Shown here in pieces: positions 9,604 to 15,169 of a stretch of 57,682 nucleotides of DNA; position 1 is the first letter of the stretch; every line of letters starts with the position of its first letter. A model generated the notes under the pieces. That model saw only the letters and a list, made by a program, of their open reading frames with translations, did no database searches and had not been told where the DNA came from. The DNA is from an uncultured Piscirickettsiaceae bacterium (GTDB lineage Bacteria > Pseudomonadota > Gammaproteobacteria > Thiomicrospirales > Thiomicrospiraceae). Location of the stretch: NCBI GenBank assembly GCA_964405635.1, contig CAYOOU010000001.1, positions 1 through 57,682 of the forward strand. Direction: 5' to 3'. A program made the position numbers and the translations under genes.

Positions 9604-10434
9604 ATGACTCAACAAGAATCTCAATCTCACATTATTATTGAGGCAGCTCTGCCTTTATTTGCTGAAAAAGGGTATGCTGCCACTTCAATGAATGCCATCG
9701 CTAAAGCTGCGGGGATGAGCAAAGCCAATCTTTTTCATCACTTTGGCTCCAAACAAGAGCTTTATATCTCTGTGCTTAAAGCTGCCTGTCAAAGTAGTGC
9801 GGGTCTACTCAATGAAGCGGCAAAAGGTCATATTGATCTCAGTTTTAAGAATCTTGCCCCTTTCCTGCAACAAGAGTTACAAGAAATCTTAGATCAGCCA
9901 GAGATCACTCTACTGGTTATGCGTGAGGTTATCGAAGGGGAAGCTGGGATAGAGCAGTCCTTAGCACAAGAGGTGTTTGCAGAGCATTTCCAATTACTCA
10001 TAAAAATGGTTGAAGATGGCATTAATCAAGGCATTTTGAAGGCTGATCCCCCTGCTGAACTGGTTGCTTTTACTTTAATCTCAATGAACCTGCAATATTT
10101 CCAATCACACACCATACTGCGTCATCTTTCACAAAGTGAGTTTGCCCACAATCCTGCTGTCTTTTTGTCGATATTATCCCTATGTTATTTGCCGATTATT
10201 TCTCTGCCTGCAAATGCCGAAACACAAGCGAATACATCGCCACAACATACGATAAGGGCATTTCCTGTCACAGTGACCCAACCGATTATTGCACCAATAG
10301 AGGTAAGTGAACAGGCCATGGGCTCACTTGTTGCTAAACAAGCCCCAACTTTAAAAGCACAGGCGAGCGGAGAGGTTGTTTGGGTCAGATGTAGGGGATG
10401 CGGTAAAACCAGAAACTGTATTAGCACTACTTGA
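9604..10434 (+). CDS. TetR/AcrR family regulator; the ORF lacks its own stop and reads through into the efflux-adaptor remnant
   Basis: HTH region IIIEAALPLFAEKGYAATSMNAIAKAAGMSKANLFHHFGSKQELY from ATG 9604. After about residue 190 the sequence changes to adaptor-like ...LPANAETQANTSPQHTIRAFPVTVTQPIIAPIEVSEQAMGSLVAKQAPTLKAQASGEVV. Confidence 0.75.
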   Translation: MTQQESQSHIIIEAALPLFAEKGYAATSMNAIAKAAGMSKANLFHHFGSKQELYISVLKAACQSSAGLLNEAAKGHIDLSFKNLAPFLQQELQEILDQPEITLLVMREVIEGEAGIEQSLAQEVFAEHFQLLIKMVEDGINQGILKADPPAELVAFTLISMNLQYFQSHTILRHLSQSEFAHNPAVFLSILSLCYLPIISLPANAETQANTSPQHTIRAFPVTVTQPIIAPIEVSEQAMGSLVAKQAPTLKAQASGEVVWVRCRGCGKTRNCISTT

Positions 10435-11085
10435 TGATACGGACTACCAATTAGCCAAACAATCAGCCGAAGCAGAAATTGAACGCATCAATGCCTTGTT
10501 AAAAGCCCAGCAGTTAAGCGTGACACGCTTAAAAGGATTGTTGGCTAAACGGTCTACAAATCAAGCAAAACTTGATGAGGCTCAGGCTCAGTTTGGGGCA
10601 CTTGTTGCACAAAAAAAAGCAGCCCAAGTGCGTCGGCAGCAGGCTCTACGCCAATCCAAGCTCATATCTCCCAATGTCTCATTTCAAAAGGTGATTTCAT
10701 TGCCTCAGGAGTGTCTGTTTTTAAGTTGGTCAATAATGCTCAATTACAAGCACAAATTCCGTTGCCAAGTCGTTTATTGCCACAACTAAAACAGGGCATG
10801 CCGATTGAGCTTTACGCTCCGTATTCCCCCAATCAACGCCTTCATGCTGGAGTGGCAATGCAATAGTGGCAAGCGTGCTAGTCCCCGTTCTACAGGGGCA
10901 TGTTCTGTCCCATTATTTGGTGTGGCAGGGGCTGTTTGTTGCAACCGCCATGGGGCTTTGGTGGTGTACACATTGTCAAGCCTGTCGATATAATCAGATC
11001 CCTTCAGATAAGGTATGAGTATGAGAAGCGGGAGTGATGGCTGGAGGGATTTCTGATTATGACGGGCTATAAATATTTGATGGAT
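10200..11085 (+). pseudogene. RND efflux adaptor (MFP) pseudogene with several frameshifts
   Basis: Adaptor motifs are spread over three frames. These are ...AQASGEVV / SDVGDAVKPETVLALLDDTDYQLAKQSAEAEIERINALL (frame of ORF 10376..10789) / ISKGDFIASGVSVFKLVNNAQLQAQIPLPSRLLPQLKQGMPIELY (third frame, stop at 10863). Further fragments run to about 11085. No pump gene follows. Confidence 0.7.
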
Positions 11086-11376
11086 GTGTCTGCTTAGTCA
11101 TTCGAGAAACAGACTGCTTTCGGGCAGTTTTGTTATTTACCTTATGGAACTCAGCGTAAACACAAAGCATCACCATCGCATAATAGTAAGCATGGTTTTT
11201 ACGAGAGAGTTTCTGATCTGAAGCTTCATGTTATATGACACTCAACACGATTAGCCAAATTTCTCCCTGATTACTTTTGCTTATCTATATGGGTGTTGCA
11301 GTATAGTCAGGAATTTCTAAGGAATATCGATCATTTGACAATTCAAGAGAAATGTAAGATTATAATAGTCAACATA

Positions 11377-11441
11377 CCCGCCACACTTCCTGTCTTCGGG
11401 CAGGGGCCTATTAAATTAGGAGTGCAAAAGGCGGGTTTTTT
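11377..11441 (+). terminator. Compound hairpin closed by CCCGCC/GGCGGG plus T6; terminator or body of a candidate small RNA
   Basis: CCCGCC (11377-11382) pairs with GGCGGG (11430-11435) and is followed by TTTTTT. An inner CCTGTC-UUCG-GGCAGG tetraloop hairpin and a CCTA/TAGG hairpin are present. Consensus TTGACA (11335-11340) and TATAAT (11361-11366) lie upstream, but with a 20-nt spacer. Confidence 0.4.
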
Positions 11442-11473
11442 GTATCTACGGTTTGTGCTTCTTACTACTACTA

Positions 11474-11734
11474 ATGAAGAAAACATTTAATAAAGTTCCT
11501 CTTACCCCTAAAGACTTACTTGATAAATACATTGAAAGCGGATTGATTGTTCTTAAAGAAAGTTACGATATTGCTCTGGCTTACTTTCAGTTTGTAGGAT
11601 CTTATCGTTTGAAAGGGTATTTACATCACTATATTCATCCAAAAAACAAATCTTTTCAAGGTTCATTTGAATTTGAATATTTACGTCAGCTATATGAATT
11701 TGATAGAGAATTAAGAGGACTTATCATTAGATAG
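11474..11734 (+). pseudogene. Abi_2 (AbiD/AbiF-like abortive infection) family gene: N-terminal 86 codons only, cut by IS insertion
   Basis: MKKTFNKVPLTPKDLLDKYIESGLIVLKESYDIALAYFQFVGSYRLKGYLHHY...FEYLRQLYEFDRELRGLI fits the Abi_2 N-terminal pattern (YYRL.GY, LY.FD..LR). The stop TAG 11732-11734 is created at the IS junction. Confidence 0.6.
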
Positions 11735-11801
11735 TGTCGTCACGAGAGGTTAAAATACATCTATTTTCAAACAATAATTAACCTTATTATGTAGAAGTAA
11801 G

Positions 11802-12194
11802 ATGGAAGCCAGCTATAAAAGACATGATATATCCGATGAAAAATGGGCGCTATTAGAACCCATGCTTCTAGGAAGAAAAGGAAGCTGGGGAGGTATAGCG
11901 AAAGATAATCGACAGTTTATTAATGCCGTATTTTGGATTTTAAGAACAGGCTCTCCTTGGAGAGATCTCCCCGAGGAATATGGTGATTGGAAGAATACCC
12001 ATAGACGATTTTGTCGCTGGAGGGACAAAGGAGTATGGGAAAAAATTTTGGAAGCATTAATAGAAGACCCGGATTACGAATGGCTAATTATTGATGCCAC
12101 GCACAGTAAAGTACATCCGCACGCAACAGGTGCCAAAGGAGGCAACCAAGGCATGAGTCGCACAAAAGGGGGCTTAACACAAAACTGCATATAG
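11802..12194 (+). CDS. IS5/IS427-group transposase OrfA (DUF4096/HTH part)
   Basis: 130-aa ORF. ISDEKWALLEPMLLGRKG...NRQFINAVFWILRTGSPWRDLPEEYGDWKNTHRRFCRWRDKGVWEKI is the canonical N-terminal module of this group. Confidence 0.9.
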   Translation: MEASYKRHDISDEKWALLEPMLLGRKGSWGGIAKDNRQFINAVFWILRTGSPWRDLPEEYGDWKNTHRRFCRWRDKGVWEKILEALIEDPDYEWLIIDATHSKVHPHATGAKGGNQGMSRTKGGLTQNCI

Positions 12195-12568
12195 CAGTAG
12201 AGGCTAATGGTATGCCAGTCAAAATAACAGCGACGGATGGCACTACAGCAGATTGTTCCCAAGCTGGAGTATTGATTGAAGGCATCAGTGCTGAATATTT
12301 ATTGGCAGATAGAGCTTATGATACAAATGAGATTATTGAGCAGGCTGAAAAGCAAGGCATGACACCTGTTATCCCTTCAAAAAAGAACCGTAAAGAACAA
12401 AGAGAGTATGATAAGCATCTTTACAAACTCAGGCACTTAGTAGAAAACGCCTTTTTAAAACTCAAACAATGGAGAGGTATTGCTACAAGATATGCCAAGA
12501 ATATAAGCTCATTTTTGTCTGCTGTACAAATTCGTTGTATTTTCATATGGTTAGATGTTCTAGCCTAA
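12170..12568 (+). CDS. IS5/IS427-group transposase OrfB (DDE part), reached by -1 frameshift from OrfA
   Basis: The -1 frame reads GLNTKLHIAVEANGMPVKITATDGTTADCSQA...LLADRAYDTNEI...YKLRHLVENAFLKLKQWRGIATRY. The slippery run is ACAAAAGGGGGC at 12162-12173. The track lists only the ATG-initiated part, 12212..12568. Confidence 0.8.
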   Translation, partial: GLNTKLHIAVEANGMPVKITATDGTTADCSQAGVLIEGISAEYLLADRAYDTNEIIEQAEKQGMTPVIPSKKNRKEQREYDKHLYKLRHLVENAFLKLKQWRGIATRYAKNISSFLSAVQIRCIFIWLDVLA

Positions 12569-12582
12569 TCTCGTGACGACAC

Positions 12583-13003
12583 CATCTAGGGCGATGAGCT
12601 CTTTTTTTCCATCGGCTGTAGAGCCAATGATGACGAGTAAGCAGAGGCGGTCGTCTTGGCGTACATGCGTGTATATACCAATCGTACTGGCCGATAGTCT
12701 TGGTGCGTTCTCTCCTAGCAGGCTTTGCAGTGCTTCTGAAAAATCTCCCGTGGAGACACCTTTTAGGTAGAGCCAAGGGAGGAGTTCTTCTATCGCTTTT
12801 ACCTTCTTCAAGTAAGGGGGAACTAGCTTGGAGTTGAACTTTATACCCTGATTGGAGCGGTCTCGTACTTTGGGGACTTTTACTGAAATGTCTCCTAACC
12901 CTGTTTGAATGGTTCGTTCAGGGAGGTAACCGTTGCGAACGACGGCTTGTTTTCCTTCTTTTGTTTTTAAAGTGCGGAAGTCAGGAAATATGCGACGGGG
13001 CAT
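12583..13003 (-). pseudogene. IS256-family (Mutator-type) transposase internal fragment
   Basis: QAVVRNGYLPERTIQTGLGDISVKVPKVRDRSNQGIKFNSKLVPPYLKK...LPWLYLKGVSTGDFSEALQSLLGENAPRLSASTI then GIYTHVRQDDRLCLLVIIG. The family N-terminus, an internal block and the whole catalytic C-terminal half are missing. It is cut at 12583 by the IS5-type element. Confidence 0.7.
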
Positions 13004-13139
13004 TTATAAATAATTTATCTTGAATGCTAAACGGTATTTGTCAAATATAGGTGTCACCTTTTTTACATTGATAGTGATTTAATTGGGAGAGTATTTTAAT
13101 ACGGTTTCAACAGATCTCTTAGATGATTTTCTTCATAGG

Positions 13140-13583
13140 TTAGCGGCTTTTTGTTTCAAGATAGAAGGGAATACGCAATTTGTGACCATCTGATTTGCCA
13201 ATGATTAGAGTAATCACCCAATCCATTTTGTTATGGGTGCAGAAGGCGAGCATGGTAGAGCCCTGCCAATGGTGAGCATCAGTCTTGTCTAACGGTAGGC
13301 GGTTATAGCCCATGTACATATTGATACCGCTAATATCTAGTTGGATTTGTTGTGCTTTGAGTTGAGAGAGTATGACTTTTGCATGAAGAGGTTTAGCGAC
13401 GGGAATGGGTTTGGGGGTAATGTCTAGGGTGACTTTTTGCCCGTTATGTTCAGCAGTACAGGCTTGTTGATGGAGGTTGCACTGTTGGACCAAAGGCCAA
13501 GTCTCCACCTTGGGTTGAGGGTTTTTTTGCTCACAGCCCGCTAATAGGATAATGATTAGGGCAAAGATGGGGTGTCTTTTCAT
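13140..13583 (-). CDS. Hypothetical lipoprotein
   Basis: 147-aa ORF. Signal peptide and lipobox MKRHPIFALIIILLAGC. No family recognised with confidence. Confidence 0.55.
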   Translation of the reverse strand: MKRHPIFALIIILLAGCEQKNPQPKVETWPLVQQCNLHQQACTAEHNGQKVTLDITPKPIPVAKPLHAKVILSQLKAQQIQLDISGINMYMGYNRLPLDKTDAHHWQGSTMLAFCTHNKMDWVITLIIGKSDGHKLRIPFYLETKSR

Positions 13584-13651
13584 AATTGAAATTGTAGAGG
13601 ATAACCGGCTAGAAAGTAAGGGTAGGGGTGGGTTTAAGTATGAAGAAAGCT

Positions 13652-13829
13652 TTAAGGAAGTGCTGATTAAATCGCTTGAGCTCGAGAGGGACTTTAAGGG
13701 GGCTAAGCCAAATTCCCAGCCTCTGCGTTATCTTTTCTTGCCGTATCGACATACGCCTGCGAAAAGATGCCTTGATGCTGGAAATTTGGCTTGCCCAGAA
13801 GCCAAGCGATTTAATCAGCACTTCCTTAA
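13652..13829. mobile_element. MITE-like palindromic element, family A, full copy (178 bp)
   Basis: Perfect 27-bp terminal inverted repeat TTAAGGAAGTGCTGATTAAATCGCTTG (13652-13678 versus 13803-13829). The interior also folds back (GCCAAATTCCCAGC versus GCTGGAAATTTGGC). Related copies at 15033 and 21794. Confidence 0.75.
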
Positions 13830-13838
13830 GTTTTGTAA

Positions 13839-14684
13839 CTATTTATTTTGCGGTGGCTCTGGCTGGCAATTAGGACAGAAGTAAGCGGCTCTTTGGTTAA
13901 GTTGCAGTTTTTCAATCGGTGTTTGGCATTGAGGGCAGGGCTCTCCAACTCGGCCATAAACATGGAGTTGTTGCTCAAAGTAGCCAGGTTTGCCATCAGG
14001 GGTGAGAAAGTCTTTGAGGGTGGTGCCACCTTGTTCAATGGCAGCGGCCAGTACCTGTTTAATATGGTGTACTAAGGTTTCGTACTGCTGGGATGTGAGC
14101 AGTGAGGGTTGGGTTTGGGGATGAATGCTGCTTAAAAACAGGGCTTCATTGGCGTAGATATTGCCCACGCCCACTACAATTTGACTGTTCATAATCAACG
14201 TTTTAATAGGAGACTTTCGGCCGTGTAGCTGTTGTCGTAAATAAACGGCATTAAATGCTTCTGATAATGGCTCTGGTCCTAGCTTTTTAATCAGAGGGTG
14301 TTGGGTGTAGCCCCCTTCGGTTTTGTCTGCCCAGAGCCAGGCACCAAAGCGCCGAGGGTCGTGATAGCGAAGCAGGTGGCCATTGTCTAGAAACAAGTCA
14401 ATATGGTCATGCTTTTGTGCGGGCGTCTCTTGGGGCAGGATGCGTAAATTTCCAGACATGCCTAGGTGAACCAGAATATCACCCTTTTCGGTTTGCAGAA
14501 TTAAATATTTTCCACGTCGCAAAATCTTCAAAATCCTCAGTCCTGCCAACCTGTTTTCTTGCAAAAAAGGGGAAACTGGCCAGCGGAGCTTGGGCTGTCG
14601 AATGTGAATAGACTGAATGACCTGTCCTTGGGTTTTGGGGGTAATGCCTCGACGGGTGGTTTCGACTTCGGGTAGTTCTGGCAT
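13839..14684 (-). CDS. mutM: Formamidopyrimidine-DNA glycosylase
   Basis: MPELPEVETTRRGI N-terminus, RRGKYL, and a C-terminal zinc finger CPQCQ...CPNCQ. Confidence 0.95.
   Translation of the reverse strand: MPELPEVETTRRGITPKTQGQVIQSIHIRQPKLRWPVSPFLQENRLAGLRILKILRRGKYLILQTEKGDILVHLGMSGNLRILPQETPAQKHDHIDLFLDNGHLLRYHDPRRFGAWLWADKTEGGYTQHPLIKKLGPEPLSEAFNAVYLRQQLHGRKSPIKTLIMNSQIVVGVGNIYANEALFLSSIHPQTQPSLLTSQQYETLVHHIKQVLAAAIEQGGTTLKDFLTPDGKPGYFEQQLHVYGRVGEPCPQCQTPIEKLQLNQRAAYFCPNCQPEPPQNK
14530..14547 (-). repeat. Dispersed 18-nt motif, copy D (17/18), inside mutM in the opposite coding sense
   Basis: AAAATCCTCAGTCCTGCC on the + strand. On the mutM coding strand the motif is read forward as LAGLRIL. 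Confidence 0.75.
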
Positions 14685-14771
14685 GGTTTAAGCTTCTTTT
14701 TGATTACAGGACTTCATTTTATGCTTTTTAAGTCGATAGTGTAAGTAAGAGGAATGAAAAGAGGGGGCGTC

Positions 14772-14969
14772 ATGCAAAGAATTAAATATTGTGTTGAACA
14801 AAATGAAGTAGGGTTTAGTGTAGTGGGATCTGAGGGGGAGGTGGTCTTGTTTGCAGATTTTGAGAGAGCTGTGTATGCAGCGAGAAACTTTTCAAATCGC
14901 TGTTTACCTAAAAACTGGTCTCACATTCCGCCAGCGATGGTTGCGGCAAAAAAGAAGTTTTATAAATAG
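14772..14969 (+). CDS. Hypothetical small protein (65 aa)
   Basis: ATG preceded by AGAGGGGG at 4-nt spacing. No recognisable family. Confidence 0.3.
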   Translation: MQRIKYCVEQNEVGFSVVGSEGEVVLFADFERAVYAARNFSNRCLPKNWSHIPPAMVAAKKKFYK

Positions 14970-15032
14970 AGAGGTAACTATTCAGTAGTTACATAGAGAG
15001 CTTTGCGTTGCGTGTTTTCATAAAGATGATTT

Positions 15033-15141
15033 TTAAGGAAGTGCTGATTAAACCGCTTGGCCTCTGGGCAAGTCAAATTCCCAGCCTCTGCGTTATCTTT
15101 TCTTTCCGTATCGACTACGCCTGCGAAAAGATGCCTTAAGG
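15033..15141. mobile_element. MITE-like element family A, truncated half copy
   Basis: Left arm TTAAGGAAGTGCTGATTAAACCGCTTGG...AAATTCCCAGCCTCTGCGTTATCTTTTCTT.CCGTATCGAC.TACGCCTGCGAAAAGATGCCTT matches copy 1. The right arm is absent. It ends 29 nt upstream of the cyclase ATG. Confidence 0.7.
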
Positions 15142-15169
15142 CAGGTTTTAGAATGTAGAATGGCCTATA

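Larger units (their letters stand above)
11734..12582 (+). mobile_element. IS5-family, IS427-group insertion sequence (849 bp), apparently intact
   Basis: Perfect 14-bp terminal inverted repeats GTGTCGTCACGAGA (11734-11747) and TCTCGTGACGACAC (12569-12582). Two overlapping transposase ORFs. No direct repeat at the flanks. Confidence 0.85.

Noticed and set aside
10376-10993. ORFs 10376..10789, 10786..10971 and 10805..10993 as independent genes
   Set aside because: They are frame fragments (or the antisense) of one degraded efflux-adaptor pseudogene.
11293-11490. 65-aa ORF upstream of the Abi fragment
   Set aside because: It spans the promoter-like hexamers and the hairpin/terminator structure and has no SD or coding character. 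It is better explained as non-coding.
12543-12776. ORFs 12543..12776 and 12573..12770
   Set aside because: They are alternate frames of the IS256 transposase fragment.
13552-13884. ORFs 13552..13884, 13609..13821 and 13676..13873
   Set aside because: They run through the palindromic family-A MITE. Mirror-image ORFs on both strands are typical of palindromic repeats.
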